Source: Candidatus Rokuibacteriota bacterium (lineage in GTDB: Bacteria; Methylomirabilota; Methylomirabilia; Rokubacteriales; CSP1-6). Taken from it: 64,000 nucleotides of DNA. Location: positions 5,624 through 69,623 of the forward strand of contig QHTE01000062.1 in assembly GCA_003220685.1 (NCBI GenBank), in the 5' to 3' direction. The position numbers were made by a program, and so were the translations under genes. Below, in pieces: positions 20,154 through 33,107 of the stretch (position 1 is the first letter of the stretch; each line of letters begins with the position of its first letter). The notes beneath the pieces were generated by a model. The model saw only the letters and a program-made list of their open reading frames with translations, did not search any database and was not told the DNA's origin.

Positions 20154-21956
20154 CTACTTCCGCTCCTGGAAGAGCGCTCGGAGCTCGGCCGGCATCTCCG
20201 GGAGCGGCTCGCGGCTGAGGGCGAGTGCCCCCTGCCGCTGGCGGATGACCACGTTGATCTTGCCCCACGCGTCGTCCGTGTACGGGTGATCGTCACGCGT
20301 GTGACCGCCGCGGCTCTCGCGCCGCTCGAGCGCGGCCAGGGTGCAGCACTCGGCCACCGTGAGCAGCGAGGCGAGATCGAGCGCCATGTGCCAGCCGGGG
20401 TTGTAGGTCCGCCCGCCGTCGATGTGCGTGCGTCCGGCGCGATGCTTGAGCGATTCGATCCGCTTCAGGGCCTCTCTCAGCTCGTGCTCGGTCCGGATCA
20501 GCCCGACCAGGTTTTGCATCGTCTCCTGCAGGTCGGCCTGGATCGCGTAGGGGTTCTCGCCGCCGCTGCGCGTGAACGGCGCGAGCATCTCGCGGGCGAG
20601 CGATTCGACCTGGCTCGACTCGACCGTCAGCGGACCGCCGAAGTCCTTGGCGTACAGGGCAGCGTACAAACCCGCGCGCCGGCCGAAGACCAGGAGGTCG
20701 GAGAGCGAGTTGCCGCCGAGCCGGTTCGAGCCGTGCATGCCGCCGGCAACCTCGCCCGCGGCGAACAGCCCTTTCACCGTAGCGGCCGTCGTGTCCGCGT
20801 CGACGCGGACGCCGCCCATGATGTAGTGGCAGGTCGGCCCGACCTCCATCGGCTCCTTCGTGATGTCGACGCCGGCCAGCTCCTTGAACTGGTGGTACAT
20901 CGACGGCAGGCGCTTTCTGATGTAGTCGGCCGGGCGGCGCGTGCAGATGTCGAGGAGGACGCCGTCGTGAGGCGTCCCCCGCCCACCCTTGATCTCGGCG
21001 TTGATCGCACGCGCGACCTCGTCGCGCGGCAACAGATCGGGTGTGCGCCGGTTGTTCTTCTTGTCCGTGTACCAGCGGTCGGCCTCGGCCTCGTTGTCGG
21101 CCGTCTCGCCCTTGAAGAACTCCGGGATGTAGTTGAACATGAAGCGCTCGCCCTTGGTGTTCTTCAACGTCCCACCGTCGCCGCGCACGCCCTCGGTGAC
21201 GAGGATTCCGCGCACGGACGGCGGCCAGACCATCCCGGTCGGGTGGAACTGGACGAACTCCATGTCGATCAGGTCGGCGCCCGCCCACAACGCGAGCGAG
21301 TGGCCGTCGCCGGTGTACTCCCAGGAGTTGGACGTGACCTTCCACGCCTTGCCGACGCCGCCGGTGGCGAGCACGATGGCCTTGGCTTTGAAGAAGACGA
21401 ACTTGCCGGTATTGCGCCAGTAGCCGAAGGCCCCGCACACGCGGTCGCCGTCCTTCAAGAGGCGCTCGACCTTGCACTCCATGTATACGTCGATGCCCTG
21501 GTGGATGCCGTGGTACTGGAGCGTGCGGATCATCTCGAGGCCGGTCCGGTCGCCGACGTGGGCCAGGCGCGCGTAGCGGTGGCCGCCGAAGTCCCTCTGT
21601 AGTATGCGCCCGTCCTTGGTGCGGTCGAACAAGGCGCCCCAGCGCTCGAGCTCGAGCACGCGGTCCGGCGCCTCCTGGGCGTGGAGCTGCGCCATCCGCC
21701 AGTTGTTGAGCATCTTGCCGCCGCGCATCGTGTCGCGGAAATGGACCTGCCAGTTGTCCTCGGGCCAGACGTTGCCGAGCGACGCGGCGATCCCGCCTTC
21801 GGCCATGACGGTGTGGGCCTTCCCGAGGAGCGACTTGCAGACGAGGCCCACCGACACGCCCTGCGCGGCGGCCTCGATCGCGGCGCGCAGGCCGGCGCCG
21901 CCGGCGCCGATCACCAGGACGTCGTGCTCGTGTGTCTCGTAGTCTGCATTCGCCAT
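20154..21956 (-). CDS. sdhA: succinate dehydrogenase flavoprotein subunit
   Basis: Start trimmed to MANADYETHEHDVLVIGAGGAGL. The flavinylation His is in GKAHTVMAEGG. Has FHPTG and ESRGGHTRDD motifs. Confidence 0.95.
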   Translation of the reverse strand: MANADYETHEHDVLVIGAGGAGLRAAIEAAAQGVSVGLVCKSLLGKAHTVMAEGGIAASLGNVWPEDNWQVHFRDTMRGGKMLNNWRMAQLHAQEAPDRVLELERWGALFDRTKDGRILQRDFGGHRYARLAHVGDRTGLEMIRTLQYHGIHQGIDVYMECKVERLLKDGDRVCGAFGYWRNTGKFVFFKAKAIVLATGGVGKAWKVTSNSWEYTGDGHSLALWAGADLIDMEFVQFHPTGMVWPPSVRGILVTEGVRGDGGTLKNTKGERFMFNYIPEFFKGETADNEAEADRWYTDKKNNRRTPDLLPRDEVARAINAEIKGGRGTPHDGVLLDICTRRPADYIRKRLPSMYHQFKELAGVDITKEPMEVGPTCHYIMGGVRVDADTTAATVKGLFAAGEVAGGMHGSNRLGGNSLSDLLVFGRRAGLYAALYAKDFGGPLTVESSQVESLAREMLAPFTRSGGENPYAIQADLQETMQNLVGLIRTEHELREALKRIESLKHRAGRTHIDGGRTYNPGWHMALDLASLLTVAECCTLAALERRESRGGHTRDDHPYTDDAWGKINVVIRQRQGALALSREPLPEMPAELRALFQERK

Positions 21957-22750
21957 CAGATGATCCTCAGGTCTCGAATGATCCCTATCGAGACCAGCCG
22001 GATGTAGACGTCCGTCAATGCGACGCTGAACAGCGAGAGCCACGCGAACATGGGGTGGCGCTCGTTCAGACGCGTCAGGAAATGCCAGGCGCGATAGCGC
22101 ACCGGCGTCTTCGAGAAGGCGTTCACGTAACCGCCGCAGACGTGGCGGCAGGAATGACAGGAAAACGTGTACGCGGCCAGGCAGATCACGTTGATCCACA
22201 TGACGAGCGTTCCCACGCCGATCCCGAATCCGTTCGGGAACCGGAACGCGAGGATCGCGTCCCACGTCAGCATCACGATGAAGAGCACCGCGAGATACCA
22301 GGTGTAGCGATGGAACGCCTGGAGGATCAGCGGGAACTTCGCCTCACCGGTGTAGTTGCGCTTGACGTCCGGCACGGCGCAGGCGGGCGGCGCCAGCCAG
22401 AACGAGCGGTAGTACGCCTTGCGGTAGTAATAGCAGGTCAGCCGGAAGAGGCCCGGCCCCGCGAGGATCAGGAACGCCGGCGAGAGCAGGCCGATGATGG
22501 GCACATGGATGTCCGGCAGCCCGAAGGCGAAGCTCGGATGCAGGCACGAGCGATAGAGGCACGGCGAATAGAACGGCGAGAGATATGGCGGCGCGAAGTA
22601 GTGCGCGTTCTGGAAGGCCGCCCACGTCGAGTAGACCAGGAACGAGCCGATCACGATCACGACCGTGATCGGCAGCGCCCACCACGGATCGGTTCTCAGG
22701 TGCGAGGCCGTGATGGCCGGCCGCGACTGCCCGATCACCCGGCTGCTCAT
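21956..22750 (-). CDS. sdhC: single large membrane subunit of succinate:quinone oxidoreductase (actinobacterial Sdh1-like SdhC)
   Basis: 264 aa with multiple TM segments. Has a membrane CHSCRH(x)CGG motif. One-nt (TGATG, with sdhA) and 4-nt (ATGA, with fumarase beta) start/stop overlaps. Confidence 0.7.
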   Translation of the reverse strand: MSSRVIGQSRPAITASHLRTDPWWALPITVVIVIGSFLVYSTWAAFQNAHYFAPPYLSPFYSPCLYRSCLHPSFAFGLPDIHVPIIGLLSPAFLILAGPGLFRLTCYYYRKAYYRSFWLAPPACAVPDVKRNYTGEAKFPLILQAFHRYTWYLAVLFIVMLTWDAILAFRFPNGFGIGVGTLVMWINVICLAAYTFSCHSCRHVCGGYVNAFSKTPVRYRAWHFLTRLNERHPMFAWLSLFSVALTDVYIRLVSIGIIRDLRII

Positions 22751-23328
22751 GTCTCCTCCCGCGCGTAGGCCTGGATGCCGTCCTGGTAGAGATCTCCGCC
22801 GTGGCAGTCGTTGACGACGATGGCCGGGAACCCCTCGACCTCCAGCCGCCGGATCGCCTCCGTGCCGAGGTCCTCGTACGCGACGATCTCGACCCGCTTC
22901 ACGAACCGCGACAGCACGGCGCCGGCGCCGCCGATGGCGCCGAAGTAGACGCCCTTGTACTGCTTGAACGCGTCCTTGACCGGCTGCGAGCGCGCGCCTT
23001 TGCCCATGGTGGCCTTGAGCCCGAGCTTGATCAGCGCGGGCGTGAACTTGTCCATGCGAGAGCCGGTGGTGGGACCGATCGACCCGACGACCTCCCCCGG
23101 CCGCGCCGGCGACGGCCCGGTGTAGTAGATGATCTGGCCACAAACGTCGATCGGCAACGGCCGGCCCTCCTGGATCAGCGGCCACAGCCGCCCGTGCGCC
23201 GCGTCGCGCGCCGTGTAGACTACGCCGGTGATCCGCACGCGGTCGCCGGTCTTCAGCGACTCGACGTCGGCGTCGCTGAGCGGCGTCGTGACGTCCTTGA
23301 GGCCGTCGGCCGCGGCGGTGACGCTCAT
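22747..23328 (-). CDS. Fe-S type (class I) fumarate/tartrate hydro-lyase beta subunit
   Basis: 193 aa. Has GVVYTARDAAH, IYYTGPSP and GKGARS motifs. Confidence 0.85.
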   Translation of the reverse strand: MSVTAAADGLKDVTTPLSDADVESLKTGDRVRITGVVYTARDAAHGRLWPLIQEGRPLPIDVCGQIIYYTGPSPARPGEVVGSIGPTTGSRMDKFTPALIKLGLKATMGKGARSQPVKDAFKQYKGVYFGAIGGAGAVLSRFVKRVEIVAYEDLGTEAIRRLEVEGFPAIVVNDCHGGDLYQDGIQAYAREET

Positions 23329-23330
23329 CG

Positions 23331-26406
<3,076 letters not shown>

Positions 26407-26428
26407 GACGATCCCCCGCCTCCTCGGA

Positions 26429-27373
<945 letters not shown>

Positions 27374-27502
27374 TTAGCCATGAGTGCTCTTCTCCCCGCG
27401 CGGCGTTCCGAGGCGAGCCGGCCTGAATCCGGTGTGCCCTCGATTGCGGCCCATCTCGTCGATTTCAATAACGCATTACTCTAACGCGCCGCGCCGACAG
27501 GG

Positions 27503-28297
27503 TCAAGAACGCGGCGGTCTCCCGAGCGCCTTCAGGAGCTCGCGTGCGATCAGCCGGCCGCGCAACGCCATGACCGCGCGGCCCGTTCGCGCGCGCGCCG
27601 CTACGGGCCAGCCGAAATAGCCAGCGCCACCGGGGCCGAGGTCGCGAAAGTTGCGGGCGCCGCGCGCGAGCGCGCGGCGAAAGTCGAACCAGGCCGGCGC
27701 GAGCCTTCGAGCGACCCGCCGGCGAACCAGCTTCGGCTCGACCGAGAGCATGAAGGCGGTCTCGAGCTCGCCCGAGTGCCACTCGGCGCGGGGATTCGGG
27801 CTCCGCATCAGCGCCTGAACCCTCGGATTCATCATCGGGGTCGGCGGCTTCGCGCCGGGCGCGAAGCCGGCCACGAGCACCCGTAGACGGCGGCGGGACA
27901 AGATTCGGCGGGCCGTCGCGATCGCCGCCAGGTGGTCGGGGTCGGCCTGGTAGTTGGCCAGGACGAATCGTCGAAACCCGTGGCTCGCGAGCCCGCCGAC
28001 GACCTCGACGATGAGTCGACGAAGCGTTGGAATCGAGAGCGAGACCGTGCCGGCCCAGCCGACCGCCAGGGTGCTGACGCCGTACGGGATCGACGGGGCG
28101 AGGATCGGGCGCCATCCGGCGCGGCGAAGATGCGGCGCGATCCGTCGCGCCAGCTCCTCGGCGCCGCGCCAGTCGACCAGCAGCGGCAGATGCGGGCCAT
28201 GCTGCTCGACCGCGCCGAGCGGAACGAACACGACGGCGCGGGGATCGCGGGCAACCCCTGCGGCGCCCCGTGAGGTCAGCTCGGCGAGGCGAATCAA
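27503..28297 (-). CDS. creatininase-family amidohydrolase
   Basis: PLGAVEQHGPHLPL and HSGELETA motifs. The proposed TTG start at 28297 overlaps the stop of the upstream Fe-S subunit (TTGA). Confidence 0.7.
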   Translation of the reverse strand: MIRLAELTSRGAAGVARDPRAVVFVPLGAVEQHGPHLPLLVDWRGAEELARRIAPHLRRAGWRPILAPSIPYGVSTLAVGWAGTVSLSIPTLRRLIVEVVGGLASHGFRRFVLANYQADPDHLAAIATARRILSRRRLRVLVAGFAPGAKPPTPMMNPRVQALMRSPNPRAEWHSGELETAFMLSVEPKLVRRRVARRLAPAWFDFRRALARGARNFRDLGPGGAGYFGWPVAARARTGRAVMALRGRLIARELLKALGRPPRS

Positions 28298-29010
28298 CCG
28301 GACAGACCGAGCAGTCGAGAGAGCGCGAGCCGCCGCAGGCGCCGGATCGAATCGGCCGGCGAGAGACCCATCGGGCACACCTCGGTGCAGTTGCCCTGAC
28401 CGTGGCAGCGCGCGAGGGCGTCGTCGCCGAGGAGGACGCGCCAGCGCGCCGCGCGTCCGGCGTCGCGGTGGTCCAGCTCGAGCGTCAGCACCCGGTTGAG
28501 CGCGGCCGGGCCGGGAAAGCGCTCGTTGTGACCGACCATCGTGCAGGCCGAGACGCACATCCCGCAGCCGATGCACTCGATCGCCTGGTCGATCTCACGA
28601 CGCTCGTGGGAGAGCCCGGACACCCGGGCGTACGGCTCGGCCTCTTCGCGCGGCACGAGCGCCGCGTCCACGCTGCGGAGCTTCGCGGCGAACGGGGTCA
28701 TGTCCACGACGAGATCGCGCAGCAGCGGGAAGTGATAGAGCGGGCGCACGCTAACCGGCCCCGGGCCGAGCGACGCGAGCCGCGTGCGGCAGGCCCAGCG
28801 CTCGCGGCCGTTCACCACCACCGCGCACGAGCCACACATGCCGACGCGACACGCGTAGCGGAAGGCGAGCGTGGGATCCTGCGCGCGCTGGATCTCGACG
28901 AGCGCGTCGAGGACCGTCGTGTCGGCCGCGACGGCGACTCGATATTCGGCGAGGCCTTCGGCCTCACCGGCCCTCCAGCGAAAGACGCGGAGCGTGACGG
29001 GCGACGCCAT
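28294..29010 (-). CDS. succinate dehydrogenase/fumarate reductase-type iron-sulfur subunit (paralog 2)
   Basis: Start trimmed to MASPVTLRVFRW. Has CRVGMCGSCAVVVNG...C, CIGCGMCVSAC and CHGQGNCTEVCP cluster motifs. Confidence 0.85.
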   Translation of the reverse strand: MASPVTLRVFRWRAGEAEGLAEYRVAVAADTTVLDALVEIQRAQDPTLAFRYACRVGMCGSCAVVVNGRERWACRTRLASLGPGPVSVRPLYHFPLLRDLVVDMTPFAAKLRSVDAALVPREEAEPYARVSGLSHERREIDQAIECIGCGMCVSACTMVGHNERFPGPAALNRVLTLELDHRDAGRAARWRVLLGDDALARCHGQGNCTEVCPMGLSPADSIRRLRRLALSRLLGLSG

Positions 29011-29037
29011 CGTCGGCGTTATACTACCGCCACTTCC

Positions 29038-29421
29038 ATGTCGTCGCGTCACGACCGGCTCGAGCTCCTCGATCGCTATCTCCGCATCCCCTCGATCAGT
29101 CGCCAGGTCACGCCGGAGATGATCGAAGCCGTGCGCGACCTCTGGCATGGGCTCGGCCTCGAGCTCACGCCGCTGGCGCCCGAGGACGGCCGCGGTACGC
29201 CCGCTCTCTACGGCGAGCTGCCGGGGCCCGCAGGCGCGCCGACACTGCTGCTCTACGGCCACTACGACGTCCAGCCCACCGGCGACCCCGCGCGCTGGAA
29301 GTGGCAGGGCGTACCGTGCGAGCCGTTCGTGCCGGCGTACTTCCTCGAGCACTACGTGCTGCGGCACTTCTATCGCCAGAGCGCGCTCTACGCCGCGATC
29401 GTGTCGTCGCGGCCGATGTAG
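29038..29421 (+). pseudogene. N-terminal fragment of an M20-family (ArgE/DapE/dipeptidase) peptidase
   Basis: LLDRYLRIPSIS...PTLLLYGHYDVQPTGDPARWKW...EPF matches only the M20 N-terminus. Similarity is lost after about aa 100, and the ORF stops at 127 aa where about 450 aa is expected. Confidence 0.6.
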
Positions 29422-29422
29422 C

Positions 29423-29740
29423 TCAGTACCACCGCCACGCCCAGACCGCCACCAAGACCACCAGCGCGAGCGCCAGCGCGAGCGCGAAGAGGGCGCGGTG
29501 CCAGCGGTACGCGAGGCCGAAGTCGAGCAGGATCGCGCGCACGCCGAGCAGCGCGTGGACGAGCGCCAGCGCCAGGAGCGCCGCCTGCACCCCGCGTCGG
29601 AACGGGTTCACCAGATGCAGGACGATCACGAGCAGGAGCGCCACGGCCGCGGCGCGCTGGATGAGCCACGCCCACATGCCGGCCTTCGTGTCCCGCCAGC
29701 CCTCGGCGGTGCTCCATTCGCGCTTGAGAACGCGACTCAC
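29423..29740 (-). CDS. small 3-TM SdhD-like hydrophobic anchor subunit
   Basis: GTG start preceded by GAGGG. 105 aa. GMWAWLIQRAAAVALLLVIVLHL resembles the SdhC/D helix-1 signature. His residues lie in TM1 and TM2. Confidence 0.6.
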   Translation of the reverse strand: MSRVLKREWSTAEGWRDTKAGMWAWLIQRAAAVALLLVIVLHLVNPFRRGVQAALLALALVHALLGVRAILLDFGLAYRWHRALFALALALALVVLVAVWAWRWY

Positions 29741-29751
29741 GGCCCTCGCCG

Positions 29752-30129
29752 CTAGAGCTGGCCCTTGCGATAGGAGCGCTTCGCCGCGATCTTTCCGTTG
29801 TGCAGGGTGAGAAGGTCGCAGCCCTGCACCTCGAAGCGCGTGGAGCCCCGCGGCGTCCCGGTCGTCAGCCACTCGACGACCGCCAGCTCGGGACGGGCGA
29901 AGTGGCGGATCTCGTCCCAGCGGATGTCGGGAACGCGCTGGAACATCTCCTCGAGGAACTCGCGGACCGCCGGCTTGCCGACCACTCGGGAACCCCAGGG
30001 ATCCTTGCCGAACGACGCCTCGAAGATGACGTCGTCGGTCATCATCGCGAGGATCCCGTCCACGTCGTGTCCGTTCCACACCGTGTTGAATCGATCCACG
30101 AACGCTTCACCGTCGAACGCCATCGCCAT
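29752..30129 (-). CDS. SnoaL/NTF2-like fold protein
   Basis: 125 aa. FVDRFNTVWNGHDVDGILAMMTDDVIFE is typical of SnoaL-like/ketosteroid-isomerase-like proteins. Confidence 0.65.
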   Translation of the reverse strand: MAMAFDGEAFVDRFNTVWNGHDVDGILAMMTDDVIFEASFGKDPWGSRVVGKPAVREFLEEMFQRVPDIRWDEIRHFARPELAVVEWLTTGTPRGSTRFEVQGCDLLTLHNGKIAAKRSYRKGQL

Positions 30130-30159
30130 GGCCTCCTTCCCCTTGTTCAGAAGCGCGCC

Positions 30160-31896
30160 TCAGTCGCCGACTTCGACCATCGACGAAACCCGCCCTGCCC
30201 CGGCCGGTGTCGCGCGCGTCAGGGCGACCGGCTCGGTCCACACCGCGGCCTCGCCCGCGCGCGCCTGGACCCTCACGATATAGAGCGGCGCGGTCGACGG
30301 GGCAGGAAAATCGTTCCGGTAGTGCGCGCCGCGGCTCTCGGTGCGCGCCAGCGCGCTGGCCGCGATCAGGCGCGCGATGGCGGCCTGGTTGGTCAGGTTG
30401 ATCCAGTCCTGCCACGCCAGATTGAACGCCCCGCCGCCCGGAACGCCGACCCGCGAGAGCTCGTTGGCGATTCGCTCGGCCGTGACGACGGCGGTCTTCA
30501 GCCCGGCCCCGTCGCGCACCAGCCCGGCGCGCTCCCACATCACCTCGCGCAGCTCGCGCTGCAAACCGTAGAGATCGCCACCCCGCCGGGCGAGCGGCGT
30601 CGTGAGCCACTCGACGACGTCGTCCACCTGCGCCCCGCCGTCCCGCGCCGGCGCGCGCCCCACGACGAAATCGGCCATCACGTCGCCGGCGATGCCGCCG
30701 AACACCGTCGACTCGGCGACGCCGTTGCCGCCCAGGCGGTTCGCGCCGTGGACGCCGCCCGTGTCCTCGCCGGCCGCGAAGAGGCCCTCGATGGCCGTGC
30801 GGCATGCGGCGTCGACGACGACGCCGCCCATCATGAAGTGGGTGGTCGGTCCCACCTCGACCGGCCCACGCGCCAGATCCCGGCCGAAGTCTCGGCAGCG
30901 CCGTACCATCCCGCGGAAGCTCCGCTCGACGACCTCGGCGCCCAGATGCGAGACGTCGATCCACACGCCGCCGTTCGGCGTGCCGCGCCCTTCCGTCACC
31001 TCGAGGAACGAGGCGCGCGCGACGAGATCGCGGGTCGAGCGCTCCATCCGCGCCGGATCGTAGCGCTCCATGTAGCGCTCGCCGCGCCCGTTCCGGAGAT
31101 GGCCGCCGGCGCCGCGCAGCCCTTCTTCGAGCAGCGCCCCCGTGATCAGCGAATCGGGGATCACGAGGCCCGTCGGATGGAACTGGATCATCTCCATGTC
31201 GCGGAGCGGGAGCCCGGCGCGATATCCGAGCGCGATGCCGTCGGCGGCCTTGTCGGCCGAGCACGCGACCACCTTGTACATGGTCGGCCCCCCGCCCATC
31301 GCCAGCAGGGTCGCGCGCGCGGTCGCGACGACGAAGCGTCCGGTCCGGAGGTCCAGGACGAGCGCGCCGCGGCAACGCCCCGCGGGGTCCAGCAGGAGCT
31401 CGACCGCCCGGCACTCTTCGAGCGCGCGTACGTTCGGACGCCTGAGCACCTGCTCCGAGAGACGATTCATGATCTCGATGCCGGTGAGGTCGCCCTTGTG
31501 GATCGTCCGATCGTGCGTCTGGCCGGCGAAGGGCTTCTGATGGATCCGTCCCTCGGGCGTGCGGTCGAAGAGGCAGCCGTAGCGCGATTCGAGCTCGAGC
31601 ACTCGCCCGGGCGCCTCCACGACCAGCGTCCACACGAGCTCCTGGTCGTTGATCCAGCCGCCGCCCGCGAGCGTGTCGAGGAAGTGCGCGTCGAGCGAGT
31701 CGGGCGCCGTCAGCACGGCGTTGTAGCCGCCCTGCACCATGCGCGTGCAGCCCGCGCGCCCCAGCAATCCCTTGACGACGACCGTGACGGACAGGCTCGG
31801 CGATCGGTCGGCGGCGTGGAGCGCGGCGCAGAGCCCAGCGCCCCCGGCGCCGAGGATCAGGACGTCCGTTTCGACCGCGTCGACTACCGGACGCAA
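30160..31896 (-). CDS. SdhA/FrdA/NadB-type FAD flavoprotein (paralog 2) lacking the flavinylation histidine
   Basis: 578 aa. Has DVLILGAGGAGL, FHPTG and ESRGAHYRNDFP motifs. At the SdhA His position it reads RAGCTRMVQGG, so Cys replaces His. Confidence 0.85.
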   Translation of the reverse strand: MRPVVDAVETDVLILGAGGAGLCAALHAADRSPSLSVTVVVKGLLGRAGCTRMVQGGYNAVLTAPDSLDAHFLDTLAGGGWINDQELVWTLVVEAPGRVLELESRYGCLFDRTPEGRIHQKPFAGQTHDRTIHKGDLTGIEIMNRLSEQVLRRPNVRALEECRAVELLLDPAGRCRGALVLDLRTGRFVVATARATLLAMGGGPTMYKVVACSADKAADGIALGYRAGLPLRDMEMIQFHPTGLVIPDSLITGALLEEGLRGAGGHLRNGRGERYMERYDPARMERSTRDLVARASFLEVTEGRGTPNGGVWIDVSHLGAEVVERSFRGMVRRCRDFGRDLARGPVEVGPTTHFMMGGVVVDAACRTAIEGLFAAGEDTGGVHGANRLGGNGVAESTVFGGIAGDVMADFVVGRAPARDGGAQVDDVVEWLTTPLARRGGDLYGLQRELREVMWERAGLVRDGAGLKTAVVTAERIANELSRVGVPGGGAFNLAWQDWINLTNQAAIARLIAASALARTESRGAHYRNDFPAPSTAPLYIVRVQARAGEAAVWTEPVALTRATPAGAGRVSSMVEVGD

Positions 31897-31920
31897 GGGC
31901 AGGTCACGACAGCCATCATA

Positions 31921-32604
31921 CTAGTTGCTTCGAGCGACCTCACCCTTGGCGAGACGCTCGAGGAACAGGACGAGATCGCGCGCCATCGCCTGGAACGACT
32001 CCTCCACGTACGACTCCGCGGTCTGGAACCCCGAGTTCGGCGCCTCGCGGCGATCGGCGGTGACGGCCAAGACCTGGCCCGTCTGGGCATCCACCAGGCT
32101 CGTCTCAATCTGCGCCTTCATGCGGTCCCCGAGCCGACTGTAGCCGGAGAACGGCACCCACGCCGAGGTATCGTCGCCGGCCGCGAGACGCGTGATCCGT
32201 CCCTCGAGTCGCAGGAGGCCCCCGCCGTTCGGCGCCGGGTCTCCCTCCTTCACGAGGTCGACGCGGGCGAACGCGTTCGTGGCCCTGAGACGCTGGACGA
32301 TCTGGAGCTGGAAGTACGGAGGGATCGAGACCGTCAGCTTGGCTTCTTCCTTGCTCATCACGCCCGAGTCCGTCACCGGAAAGACGAGGATCGCGAGCGC
32401 GGGATACTTCTTCACGTCGAATCCAGACCGGACGGTCACCAGCCCGGCGCTGGGATCGGGCTGAGTCGGCTTGAGATCGGCGGTCCCCACGGGGTTCACG
32501 GGTGCCTGCTGGGCGGCGCCGAGGGTGCTACAGCCGGCACATACCGCCGACAGCGCAACCACGACGAGAGCCCATCGCCACCAAGTTTGCCTTGCCATGA
32601 GCAT
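31921..32604 (-). CDS. hypothetical lipoprotein
   Basis: 227 aa with the lipobox LSAVCAGC. Lies 24 nt upstream of the paralog-2 flavoprotein on the same strand. Confidence 0.6.
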   Translation of the reverse strand: MLMARQTWWRWALVVVALSAVCAGCSTLGAAQQAPVNPVGTADLKPTQPDPSAGLVTVRSGFDVKKYPALAILVFPVTDSGVMSKEEAKLTVSIPPYFQLQIVQRLRATNAFARVDLVKEGDPAPNGGGLLRLEGRITRLAAGDDTSAWVPFSGYSRLGDRMKAQIETSLVDAQTGQVLAVTADRREAPNSGFQTAESYVEESFQAMARDLVLFLERLAKGEVARSN

Positions 32605-32710
32605 TCCTCCCCTCAGAATGGTTCCTTAGGTGTTCGCGTCGGCTCTTGTCCCGCTGACGATACGCGTATCACAATGGAGGCAAATTCGACAAAGACCGAT
32701 CTGGAGGGTC

Positions 32711-32989
32711 ATGGGCTCCTCTCGAATCGTCGGGATCGTGCTGGGCGCGGCACTCGTGGTCGTCGGTCTCGCCGGGTGCGGGAAATTCTACTGGGGTCAA
32801 CCCGGCGCAACCCAGGAGCAGTTCGATCGCGACAACCGCGAGTGCGCGAAGGAAGCGGCGCCGACCCCATCCGCCGCCCAATACGGTGTCGTCTCCGAGG
32901 GCTTCTATCGAGCGTGCCTGTCCGGGCGGGGATGGAAGCGTGAGAAGTACACCGATCCCCCGCCCGGATGGTTTCGAGGGCTCGAATGA
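32711..32989 (+). CDS. small hypothetical lipoprotein
   Basis: GGAGGG Shine-Dalgarno then ATG. 92 aa with the lipobox GLAGC and two further Cys. Confidence 0.55.
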   Translation: MGSSRIVGIVLGAALVVVGLAGCGKFYWGQPGATQEQFDRDNRECAKEAAPTPSAAQYGVVSEGFYRACLSGRGWKREKYTDPPPGWFRGLE

Positions 32990-33107
32990 CGCGCGATCGG
33001 GTTACATTGTAAACATTCGAGCCGGTCGTTGAGTCTCACCACGGGGTCGTCCGAACCGTCCGCCGTTCGAGCGGAGATCGAGATCCAAGACTAGGCAAGG
33101 AGTCGGC

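Noticed and set aside
29800-32943. Very long plus-strand ORF (1047 aa). Similar giants occur at 49096..52185 (+), 23577..25631 (+), 51932..54097 (+) and 58794..61097 (+).
   Set aside because: They lie antisense to genes with clear family motifs. Their translations are Arg/Ala/Gly/Pro-rich with no recognisable domains. They are typical stop-poor shadow frames of high-GC DNA.
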